A stretch of 62,947 bases of DNA, counting the filler, from Actinomycetota bacterium (GTDB taxonomy: Bacteria > Actinomycetota > Acidimicrobiia > IMCC26256 > VFJJ01): NCBI GenBank assembly GCA_009886115.1. It is 5 parts of 5 records of this genome, joined end to end, with 100 filler letters (N's around TTAATTAATTAA, not from the genome) between each part and the next. Parts side by side here need not be neighbours in the genome. Positions count along the whole stretch, not along the records: positions 48,352 to 58,279 come from VFJJ01000136.1; positions 58,380 to 62,947 come from VFJJ01000076.1; 3 more parts are not named here. One strand, written 5' to 3'. The notes beneath the pieces were generated by a model that was not told the DNA's origin, searched no databases, and was given only the letters and a program-made list of their open reading frames with translations. Numbering within the stretch: position 1 is the stretch's first letter; the number at the start of each line of letters is the position of its first letter. The translations under genes and the position numbers were made by a program. Shown one piece after another: positions 54,838 to 62,947 of the stretch.

Positions 54838-55553
54838 GCGGAGGTCGGGCCGGGTTGATACCCGATCCGGGGTCGGGGAGCGTGCTGCGAGCTCGGGCGG
54901 TGCGGTCGGTGTGGCCTGCAGGGACCGAGATCGCCCGCGCCCACAGTCATGCGTTCGGGTCGGTGCAGCTCGACGCCCGTTCCGATGTCGACCGCCGGTT
55001 CTCGCCGCTCCGGCTGGGTGGCGGTGGCGGTGGCGGCGTGGGTGCCGAGGGCCCGATCGTCCCCGTCCTCTACGGCGGGAAGGACGAGAGAGCGGCGGCG
55101 TCGGAGACGATCTTCCACACCGTCGACGCGCCGACCGGAGCACGTCGGCCTCGCCAGGTCCTGCTGGCCAAGTTCCTGTCGTGGCAGTGGACGCGCATCG
55201 CTCCTACGCGTGATCTCGTGCTCGTCGACCTCCGCGACGACGGTCTCGCGGCTCTCGGCCTCGATCGGATCCAACTCATCGACGGCGGGCGGGCGAGCCA
55301 CGGCCAGACCCGGCGTTGGGCTGCAGCACTGTTGCGCGCCTGCCATCAGACCGACGGCCTGGTGTGGAGCTCGCGGCAGGACCCGGCCCGCCAAGCGATG
55401 ATGCTCGTCGGACGGGTCCAGGGCCGCAGCGGGGGAGTGGCGGCCGGCGAGCTGGTGCCGGTCGGGCCCGCCCAGCCCTTCGCGCTGCCGGCCGGGTTGG
55501 AGCTGCTCGACTCCATCGCCGACACGCTCGACATCGCGGTCCTGCGATCCTGA
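54834..55553 (+). CDS. RES domain toxin (NAD+-consuming family)
   Basis: RFSP (R), LYGG...AAASETIFH (Y,E), LVDL, DGLVWSSRQ (S); GTGA overlap with the antitoxin. Confidence 0.82.
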   Translation: MSGGRAGLIPDPGSGSVLRARAVRSVWPAGTEIARAHSHAFGSVQLDARSDVDRRFSPLRLGGGGGGGVGAEGPIVPVLYGGKDERAAASETIFHTVDAPTGARRPRQVLLAKFLSWQWTRIAPTRDLVLVDLRDDGLAALGLDRIQLIDGGRASHGQTRRWAAALLRACHQTDGLVWSSRQDPARQAMMLVGRVQGRSGGVAAGELVPVGPAQPFALPAGLELLDSIADTLDIAVLRS

Positions 55554-55588
55554 GCCCCTGAGCCCCTGAGCCCCTGAGACGCTGAGCC
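55549..55588. repeat. 8-bp tandem repeat (CCTGAGCC) x5 containing the RES stop codon
   Basis: Read directly; lies between convergent genes. Confidence 0.88.
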
Positions 55589-55689
55589 GCGCTCGGCCTG
55601 TGGCGCCGCGTGAGCACTCGGCGCCAGCGTGAGTGCCGGCGTCAGCGCTCGGTGCCGGTCGGGCCGCCGCCGCTGTCGACCGGATGCCG

Positions 55690-58242
55690 TCAGTCGCCGC
55701 TGCGCAGTGTCTCCCACCAGCTCTCTTGGCCGTTTTCCCCGCCCGCTGTCGGCTCGAAACCGAGGGAGAGATCGCCACGTACATCGCCGTCGTACAACGC
55801 TGTGCTCCCAGACGTGGCAACGATGAGGCCGCCCGACGGCGAGCCCGCCACCTGCGGAGGCGGGATCACGACGTTCACCTGCAGCCGGTCGGGTGTGATC
55901 GTGGCCTGGCCGAGCACGTCGAGGTGATACGCCCCCGTGGGCAGTGCCCCCTCGATGTCGAGGGTGACGGTCACCGTCTGGCCCGGTGGTATCGACAGGA
56001 AGCCGCTCGCCACGAGACGGTCGAGCTCGACCTCCTCGGTGATCTCCCACACGCCGGCCGTCCCCGTGACCGGATCGGTGATCGACGTCGAGACGACGGG
56101 GAGCTCGGTGTACACCGAGAGCCACACGATGTTCGTGCCCCAGGTGCTCGGATCTCGCTCGAGCTCGCCGATGATGTACTCGGGCAGCCCGGTCGCCGGC
56201 GCCTGGTTGGTGAGCGCAACGGTGATGCGCCCGACAGCGTCGCCGGTGGTGGGGTCGAACGTGAGCTCGTAGGTGATCGATCGGCTGAGGAACCAGTCGA
56301 TCTTGTTGCCCGCGTCGTTGAAGCCGTAGACCCCCAGCGTGTCGCCGTTGCGCGCCGGCACCGCACCGTCGGCGCGTATGCGTCGGAACAACGCGGCCTC
56401 GTCGGGCTCGAACGTGGTCATCATCAGGTGCTTGGCTCGGACCGAGTCCTTGAGGATGCGGAAGAAGTCCTCGGGGGCCACGTCGGTGACCAGGAGCTTC
56501 TGCCACACGCCCGCCAGCACCTGTCCGAGGAAGCCCTTGCGGTCGGCCTGGTCGGCGAAGCGCACGTACTGGTCGAAGAGCAGCACCGATGGGGCATTGT
56601 CGGCGGTGATCGGCACGTCCCAGTCGGCCACGGTCACGGGCCCGGTGATGCGCAGGAGCTGCGACAGCCCGATGGGGTCGATGGCGATCACCCCGTCGAT
56701 CGGGTCGCCGCCGCTCTGGGGATACAGGTCGGCGATCACCCCGGCCACCGTGGGGAAGTCGGGCGACGCCGTGACGTTCTGCCACAAGGTCTCGGGCGAG
56801 AACGTGCCGTAGCGGGCGAGGTACTCCTCGGGCTCCTCGAGGGTTCGGGGCGGGCCCGCGCCGGCGGGAGCTTCGCCATCGCCGGTCCCGGGCGTCCCGG
56901 GCGTCCCGACGGGCGTCCCGGGCGTCCCGACGGTTCCGGCGTTGAGCTCGGCGTTGGTGCCGGCGCGCACGAGCCGGAGGCGGCCGTCGGCCGCGTCGAG
57001 GATGGCGTAACCGCCGATGATCCCCACGGTGGCGCGCATCTCCGACGGGGTGACGAGCGCGATGAAGTAGCTGCGGTCGCCGTCGGCGCCGAGCATCCCG
57101 GGGACGGTCTGCGCGGCCGAGACGGCGTCCGCGGCATCGACCCGGGCCTCGTCGAGATCGTCTACGGCCTCGGCGAGCTCGTCGGCGAGCGGGGGCACGA
57201 TCCACGGCGAGTCGAGGCCGCGCAAGGCGACGAGTGCGTCGGCGATGCTCGCGGCTGCCGTGGCGAGTGGCTCCTCGACGGCCGACAGGGCTGCGAGGTC
57301 GACCCGTCCCGATCGCAGCGAGATCGACGAGGGGTCGACGGCCCGGGCCACGGCCGCGCCGTCACGTGCCAGGCGCACGAGCTGACGGTTGACGGTGCGC
57401 ACGGCGTCGAGGTTGGGCGCCACGACCGGCACCGCGCCGGCCGGCCGAGCCCACCAGGCGTCTAGGTACCGGGCGGCGTCGTCGAAGTCCCGACTGGCCT
57501 GTTCGAAGCGCTCGGCTGCGAGCTGCTCGTCGCCCGCCGAGACGGCGTCGACCGCGGCGTTGGCGGCGTCACGCCCGTCCTCGAGCCCGGTCCGGGCCTG
57601 GAACGCTGCGTAGGCGGCTCCCGAGACCGCCAGGCCGAGCCCCAGCGTGGCCGCCACCCCCGCCCAGGCGATGCGGGCCCGCCACGGCCGGCCGATGGCA
57701 GCCACGCCCGAGGCGATCACGGGGATGGCCACGATCGTCGCCACCGCCGTCGAGGTGCCGGTGACCCGAGGCCAGGTGAGGTGGGTGAGAGCGACGGCCA
57801 GAGCGACGCCCACCACAGCCCGGAGGACGGGCGCCTCGGCGGGCCGTCGAGCCAGCGCAATGGCGACGCCGAGCGCGACCCCGCCGCCCACAGCGCCCGC
57901 CCATGTGGGATTGGCCCCGATCGCCACGATGGCCACGGTGAGCACGGCGGTGGTGATGAGCGCCCACCGGCGAGCGCCGGCAGCCAACACGGCGAGGGCC
58001 GCGGGAGCGCCGGCCGTCCACAGCACGTCGACCAGAATGCGCCCGGTCGGCTCGCCCCTCGGCGCCAGCCCCGCCACACCACCGGCCAGCGCCACGATCC
58101 ACAAGCTGCCCCGAGGAAGCTCCGGCAGGCGCCGGCCTTGGCGGTGGAGCTTGAGGGCACGTGAGGCGCCGACGAAGGCCGCAGGAGCGGCGATGAGGCC
58201 GAGCAGTTCCAGAACGGTCCTCCGGGGCCGGGCGCCGGGCAT
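55690..58242 (-). CDS. DUF4012 domain membrane protein
   Basis: Multi-TM N-terminus; GDRSYFIAL.TPSEMRATVG, WQNVTASPDFP, IDGVIAIDP, GNKIDWF. Confidence 0.8.
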   Translation of the reverse strand: MPGARPRRTVLELLGLIAAPAAFVGASRALKLHRQGRRLPELPRGSLWIVALAGGVAGLAPRGEPTGRILVDVLWTAGAPAALAVLAAGARRWALITTAVLTVAIVAIGANPTWAGAVGGGVALGVAIALARRPAEAPVLRAVVGVALAVALTHLTWPRVTGTSTAVATIVAIPVIASGVAAIGRPWRARIAWAGVAATLGLGLAVSGAAYAAFQARTGLEDGRDAANAAVDAVSAGDEQLAAERFEQASRDFDDAARYLDAWWARPAGAVPVVAPNLDAVRTVNRQLVRLARDGAAVARAVDPSSISLRSGRVDLAALSAVEEPLATAAASIADALVALRGLDSPWIVPPLADELAEAVDDLDEARVDAADAVSAAQTVPGMLGADGDRSYFIALVTPSEMRATVGIIGGYAILDAADGRLRLVRAGTNAELNAGTVGTPGTPVGTPGTPGTGDGEAPAGAGPPRTLEEPEEYLARYGTFSPETLWQNVTASPDFPTVAGVIADLYPQSGGDPIDGVIAIDPIGLSQLLRITGPVTVADWDVPITADNAPSVLLFDQYVRFADQADRKGFLGQVLAGVWQKLLVTDVAPEDFFRILKDSVRAKHLMMTTFEPDEAALFRRIRADGAVPARNGDTLGVYGFNDAGNKIDWFLSRSITYELTFDPTTGDAVGRITVALTNQAPATGLPEYIIGELERDPSTWGTNIVWLSVYTELPVVSTSITDPVTGTAGVWEITEEVELDRLVASGFLSIPPGQTVTVTLDIEGALPTGAYHLDVLGQATITPDRLQVNVVIPPPQVAGSPSGGLIVATSGSTALYDGDVRGDLSLGFEPTAGGENGQESWWETLRSGD

Positions 58243-58279
58243 CGCCGCCCATGACGCCGCCGAGTCTACGGACCGGCTC

Positions 58280-58379
58280 NNNNNNNNNNNNNNNNNNNNN
58301 NNNNNNNNNNNNNNNNNNNNNNNTTAATTAATTAANNNNNNNNNNNNNNNNNNNNNNNNNNNNNNNNNNNNNNNNNNNN
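58280..58379. other. Artificial contig spacer
   Basis: N-run + TTAATTAATTAA + N-run. Confidence 0.98.
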
Positions 58380-58518
58380 CCTGCTGACCCGTCGAGGCCT
58401 TGACCACGCGCATCTTGAGGATCTTCTTGGCTGGCGTCTGACCTTCGCCCCAGAGGATCAACGTCCAGACCAGGTAGCCGATGCCCAATGTCACGACGAT
58501 CAGGACCAGCGACAACAT
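58380..58518 (-). CDS. RDD family membrane protein (fragment, 3' truncated)
   Basis: (RRRFGG)AMLSLVL...GQTPAKKILKMRVV RDD signature; an in-frame stop just upstream suggests a damaged 5' end. Confidence 0.65.
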
Positions 58519-58638
58519 CGCTCCTCCGAAGCGCCGGCGTGTAGCTCATCGGGCGTGGCTCCTGTCAGCGGATGCCCGACGATACTCACACCGGCCGGGG
58601 GGCCCTGACCATCTCGATGCGAGCGCCCCCGATCGAGC

Positions 58639-59028
58639 TCAACCCTCGGGTGGAGTCATCTGGCTGACGAACTGCTGCATGTCGAAGTAGTCGCGCCAGG
58701 CGGCGATCTTTCCGTCGGCCACGTCGAACACCCCCATCACGGGGAGCGCGACCTTCAGGTGGGGGTACGTGAAGGCGTCGATGCGCTCGGTCATCACGAG
58801 GTTGCCGGCGCCGACGATGTTCACCATGCGGAACTCCATCGCGTCGACACCGCCCGTGAAACCGACGATGAAGGCTTCGATGTTGGCCCGGCCGACGATG
58901 GGATCCATGGGGATGTTGTGGTACACGGCGTCGTCGGCGAAGAACGCGCCGAGCGCCGCCACGTCGAACGGTTGCGCGCTCCAGGCATCGCAGAATCGCT
59001 CCACGAGCTCGGTTGGGGTTTCGGCCAT
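58639..59028 (-). CDS. Limonene-1,2-epoxide hydrolase family protein
   Basis: YHNIP, VMTERID, LPVMGVF, WRDYFD; AGGAG RBS. Confidence 0.9.
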   Translation of the reverse strand: MAETPTELVERFCDAWSAQPFDVAALGAFFADDAVYHNIPMDPIVGRANIEAFIVGFTGGVDAMEFRMVNIVGAGNLVMTERIDAFTYPHLKVALPVMGVFDVADGKIAAWRDYFDMQQFVSQMTPPEG

Positions 59029-59102
59029 GACGGGGCTCCTTCTCGGCTTCTCGACAGGTCATCGGTGTACGTTCGCCGCAGCTTACGGGGGGAGAGCATG
59101 TC

Positions 59103-59759
59103 GTGACCGAGGAGACGAGCAGCGCCACCGAGGACGCAGCCGACGAGCAGGCCGCGGCCACCGCGGCCTCGGGCGGGCCCGAAGATGCCCGCCGCGTCGC
59201 TGCGGCCATGCGGACGATCACGTCGTGGTTGGTGGCCGGTGAGCATCGCGACGGCTGGCTCGTCGACATGGCCGACGAGCTCGAACGCTTGGCCGCACTG
59301 GTCGACGGTCCGCTCGTCGCCAGTCGATACGAGGGCCCACTCGCTGCCGGCGATCCGGGACGCGGCGCCGCAGCACATCCGTTCGTGGGTGCGGCGAGCC
59401 CCTTGTCGCCCCCGATCGTGCTCACGCTCGATGGCGAGGAGGCGGTGGGGCGGGGCCGTTTCGGGCCCCCGTACGAGGGCCCACCCGGGGCGGTGCACGG
59501 CGGCTATGTGGCCGGCGTCTTCGATGTGGTGCTCGGGATGGCCGCCCGCGCGCACATCCGGGCTGCGGTCACCGGCACGCTCACCATCCACTACCACCGA
59601 CCGACGCCGCTCAACGAGGACTTGGTGTTCCGGGCCCGGGTCGAGCGCACCGAAGGCAAGCACCTGTTCATGAAGGGTCAGCTCTACGCGTTCGACGACT
59701 TCCTCACCGCCGAGGCCGAAGGCATGTTCGTGGCCACCCGCCGCCCCGGCTTCTCCTGA
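59103..59759 (+). CDS. PaaI/hotdog-fold thioesterase
   Basis: YEGPPGAVHGGYVAGVFD, TGTLTIHYHRPTPL. Confidence 0.88.
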   Translation: MTEETSSATEDAADEQAAATAASGGPEDARRVAAAMRTITSWLVAGEHRDGWLVDMADELERLAALVDGPLVASRYEGPLAAGDPGRGAAAHPFVGAASPLSPPIVLTLDGEEAVGRGRFGPPYEGPPGAVHGGYVAGVFDVVLGMAARAHIRAAVTGTLTIHYHRPTPLNEDLVFRARVERTEGKHLFMKGQLYAFDDFLTAEAEGMFVATRRPGFS

Positions 59760-59820
59760 GGGCTGACCAACCCCCGATCCACCCCCGACCAAGAGCGAGT
59801 TGTACCCGGTATACCCCGGA

Positions 59821-61671
59821 CTACTCACACCTGGTCGACGTGGGGTTGGCGCCGATCGAGACGCGCTGGTCGGCGGCGACGGCCTCGACGACCGTCGGGG
59901 CACCGAAGCCGTCAGAGCCGGCCGGGCTCGTGATGCGCACGTCGACCTGATCGAGCGCGCCGAGCCCGAACCACGCCTCCGAGAGGGTCCCGACGCCGTA
60001 GCCGCCGTTGGCGACCAAGGGCAGCGTGCCGACGAGCGCATCGGCATCGCCCACCCTGCCGACCTCGAACACCTCGACCGTCGCCCCCACGGGCGCGTCG
60101 ACGACCGAGAGCCAGTGCCCGACAGGCCCGTCGTTGCGCCAGAACAGCGACGGCAGTGCCGGCTCCCACTCGACCACGAACACGTCGAGACGGCCGTCAC
60201 GATCGGCGTCGAACACCACCGAGCTCACCCAGTACTGGGCGTCACCCAGGCCGTCGGGAACCTCGAACTGGGGGATGCCATCGACCAGGCCCCGATGGCG
60301 GAGGATCGCCGGTTGGGCACCGTCGGCCGCTGAGGCCGTGGTGAGCAGGTCGGGCCAGCCGTCGGCGTCGAAGTCGGCGACCTGCACGTCGGGGGCCTTG
60401 GTGGCGAACCCCGGGAGGCCCGTGCGATCGGTCACGTCCTCGAACGCCGGGACGCCGTCGTCGTCGACACCCCGGTTCAGGTAGACCCGCACGGGCACGC
60501 GCTCGTCGAAGTCGAGCGTCGAGGTGTAGTGGTGCCCGACCACGAGGTCGAGACGGCCGTCACGGTCGAGATCGGCGACGGCCACCCCGGCCGTGTCGTC
60601 CTCCTCGCCGTAGACGGGCCAGTCGAACACCCCGATCGAGCGCTCGACGAGACGACCGGTCCCGTCGTTCACGAGAAGGCGGTTGCGGCCGGCGTCGCCG
60701 GTCACGAACAGGTCGGGCCAACCGTCGCCCGAGAGATCGGCGCCGGCGGCGCCGAGGCCACGCAGGTCGTCGGGCAACCCGGCAGCGGCCGAGGCGTCGA
60801 CGAACATGAACGAACCGTCGTTGCGGAACCACCTCGTGGCCGTGTCATCACCGAACCGGTCGGCGAGCACGGTGAGGTCGAGATCACCGTCGCCGTCGAG
60901 ATCGGCCGGGACGACGGCCCGGGCGCTGAACGATCCGAGGACAGCGGCCTCGGCGAAGGCTCCGTCGTCGTTGCGGAGCACCACGGTCGCCGCCCGACCC
61001 CGATCGCGATCACGAGAGTTCCGGGCCAGCACGAGGTCGACGTCGCCGTCGCCGTCGAGATCGGCGAAGCTCGCGGCAGTGGTGCGGCCCAGCTCGCCCG
61101 GGAACGTCTCGTCGACCCGGAACCCGTCGGGCCCCCCGAGCAGCAGCCGATCGGGAGAGGCCCCGGTTGCGCCCCGCAACGCGTACTCGGCATCGGGTCG
61201 ATCGGCGAAGGTGCCGACGAGCAGATCGTCCCAACCGTCGTCGTTCACGTCGGAAACCGCAGCCGCGTGGCCGTGCATCCCGGCCAGCGGGGCGAGGAGC
61301 CCGCTCGACTCGGTCGCGTCGACGAAGGCCAACGGCCCCCCTGCCGGATCGAACGCGCCATGGGCGCTGACAGGCTGGCACACCCCAGCGGTCACGACGG
61401 GCCCGTCGCCGCCGGGCTCGCCGTCGCCATCGGGCTCGCGTTCGGGCTCGCCGTCGCCATCGGGCTGGTCGGCGCCCGCCGAGGCGGTGGGGCTCGACCC
61501 CGCCTCCACGCCCTCCTCGGTTGCCGCGGCGGCCGCGGCCCCGGGTTGGGAGTCCCCCTCGGCCCGGTTGGTGTCGGAGCTCGAGCCGCTCGCGCACGAC
61601 GCCAGGCCCAGCGCCGTGACCGCCGCCATGACCGCCGCCGTCACGCCACGAGCGCCTCGGACCCTGGGCAT
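59821..61671 (-). CDS. FG-GAP/VCBS-repeat lipoprotein (CRTAC1/ASPIC-like)
   Basis: Lipobox LASC; about seven D-x-[DN]-x-D-G-x-x-D repeats; C-terminal GYG...WFGLG. Confidence 0.85.
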   Translation of the reverse strand: MPRVRGARGVTAAVMAAVTALGLASCASGSSSDTNRAEGDSQPGAAAAAATEEGVEAGSSPTASAGADQPDGDGEPEREPDGDGEPGGDGPVVTAGVCQPVSAHGAFDPAGGPLAFVDATESSGLLAPLAGMHGHAAAVSDVNDDGWDDLLVGTFADRPDAEYALRGATGASPDRLLLGGPDGFRVDETFPGELGRTTAASFADLDGDGDVDLVLARNSRDRDRGRAATVVLRNDDGAFAEAAVLGSFSARAVVPADLDGDGDLDLTVLADRFGDDTATRWFRNDGSFMFVDASAAAGLPDDLRGLGAAGADLSGDGWPDLFVTGDAGRNRLLVNDGTGRLVERSIGVFDWPVYGEEDDTAGVAVADLDRDGRLDLVVGHHYTSTLDFDERVPVRVYLNRGVDDDGVPAFEDVTDRTGLPGFATKAPDVQVADFDADGWPDLLTTASAADGAQPAILRHRGLVDGIPQFEVPDGLGDAQYWVSSVVFDADRDGRLDVFVVEWEPALPSLFWRNDGPVGHWLSVVDAPVGATVEVFEVGRVGDADALVGTLPLVANGGYGVGTLSEAWFGLGALDQVDVRITSPAGSDGFGAPTVVEAVAADQRVSIGANPTSTRCE

Positions 61672-61682
61672 CTCGATCGTCC

Positions 61683-62947
61683 TCACTCGTCCAGGGTGAT
61701 GACCGCCAGCACGACCTCGCCCCACGGCTCGTCACGAGTGGTCCCGGCGTTCAGCCCGACGTGGATCCGCGAGCCCGACGGATCGATGGCGATGTCGTAG
61801 CTGCCGCCGAGGGTCAGCTCGAGCTGGTCCTCGGAGAGGTCGTTGAGGCGGACGAGGATCGTCTGCTCGCCGGTCTCGGTGTCGACCTCGATCACCGGTG
61901 TCCCGTCCTCGTAGGCGCCGCCGTGCGCCCCGGGGACGAAGTAGAACCGGGATCCGTCGGGGTGCAGCGCCAGCGAGGTCGTGTACCCGGGTGCGGTGCC
62001 CAGGTTCGTCGCGGTGCCGTCGGCGGCCACCGCGAACAGCGCGTTCGAGCCGTCCATCACCCCGTAGACGGTGCCGTCGGGGCCCGGGGCGGTGGCCGCC
62101 CGGATGAAGTCGCCGGCCGGGAAGTTGACGTCGGTGGGCCCGAAGGCACCGGTCTCGGGGTCGTAGGTCATGATCTCGTTCTCGCCCACCGAGACATGCG
62201 CACGGCCCTGGGCGTCCACCAGGATGCTCCGGAAACCCGGATGCACCAAGGCTTCGGTGGAGAAGATCGGCTCGCCCGACGACGGGTCGAGCACGGCGAA
62301 CACGCCTGTGTCGCCGCCGTCGGCCTCGGCCAGCGGGTCGACGGCCTCCACGTACAGCTGCCCGTCCGGGCCACCGGCCATCGACGGGATCCCGTGGTTC
62401 ACGATGGGTACCGCGACCGGTTCAACCGAGTAGTCGGACGGGTCGATGCGCACCAGCCAGTCGCCCCGGTAGGAACCCGTGAACTCGAGGCCGCGTCGGG
62501 TACCCCAGTAGGTGGTGGCGTAGATCGAGCAGTCGGGGCCCGCGACCATCTGGGAGTGGATCTTGCCGTACCCCCAGTCGCCGGGGACGTGGCCCACGAC
62601 CTCGGGCACGTCGGCGAAGCGCGTGATGGTGCTGGTCGCGGGGTCGTACACGAAGAGGTACGACGCACCGTCGATGCCCAGATGATCGCCGATGCCGGAA
62701 AAGAACCGACCGTCGGCCAGCACGATCCCCTGACCCCACTGCGACCAGGGGTTGCCCTCGTGGTCGGGACGCGGGTACACCGCAGCATCGACCCGGGGCC
62801 CGTCGGCGCCCGCCTCCTGGAGCGTGCTCAGCGAGGCGGCTTCGCCATCTGGCGTCGCGTTGGTCGCAGCGCACGGCACACCCGAGGTGGCGTCATCGAC
62901 CGGGCCGGGAGCACCCGCGGTATCGGTCGGCTCGGTCGGCTCGGTCG
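61683..62947 (-). CDS. Probable secreted beta-propeller protein (5' end outside window)
   Basis: Open frame to the window edge; repeated YDP/IDP/LDP blade motifs; co-oriented with the FG-GAP lipoprotein. Confidence 0.7.
   Translation of the reverse strand, partial: TEPTEPTDTAGAPGPVDDATSGVPCAATNATPDGEAASLSTLQEAGADGPRVDAAVYPRPDHEGNPWSQWGQGIVLADGRFFSGIGDHLGIDGASYLFVYDPATSTITRFADVPEVVGHVPGDWGYGKIHSQMVAGPDCSIYATTYWGTRRGLEFTGSYRGDWLVRIDPSDYSVEPVAVPIVNHGIPSMAGGPDGQLYVEAVDPLAEADGGDTGVFAVLDPSSGEPIFSTEALVHPGFRSILVDAQGRAHVSVGENEIMTYDPETGAFGPTDVNFPAGDFIRAATAPGPDGTVYGVMDGSNALFAVAADGTATNLGTAPGYTTSLALHPDGSRFYFVPGAHGGAYEDGTPVIEVDTETGEQTILVRLNDLSEDQLELTLGGSYDIAIDPSGSRIHVGLNAGTTRDEPWGEVVLAVITLDE

Overview
High-GC actinobacterial DNA (gene content suggests Acidimicrobiia; inference) from a draft or metagenome assembly. 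It is five separate contigs (1-15277, 15378-22971, 23072-48251, 48352-58279, 58380-62947) joined by artificial 100-nt N/TTAATTAATTAA spacers, so adjacency across spacers means nothing. Contig 1 has tRNA-Ala(UGC), lipid and redox enzymes, an M3 oligopeptidase, a PAS-GGDEF-EAL protein and LigC. Contig 2 is a P450/ferredoxin/heteromeric acyl-CoA dehydrogenase catabolic region with two deletion-damaged genes. Contig 3 has secA-(AAA/DUF4143)-prfB-ftsEX-M23, a collapsed ABC permease pair and SigK/RskA-like genes. It then carries the most interesting feature, a tightly packed ~11 kb operon I cannot match to any characterised pathway: GlgX, an AGE-family (alpha/alpha)6 sugar epimerase fused to STAS, two divergent DJ-1/PfpI proteins, a ThDP enzyme, tandem EthD, a muconolactone-isomerase-like protein and two paralogous ankyrin proteins (one fused to NTF2/SnoaL). 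Two DUF4239-like membrane proteins and an epoxide hydrolase follow. Contig 4 has a receptor-like Ser/Thr pseudokinase, an ECF sigma with partner, a RES toxin-antitoxin pair with a visible promoter/operator, and a DUF4012 protein. Contig 5 has LEH, PaaI and two beta-propeller proteins. Short tandem duplications and internal deletions occur throughout. All family calls are by motif recognition, with no database searches run.
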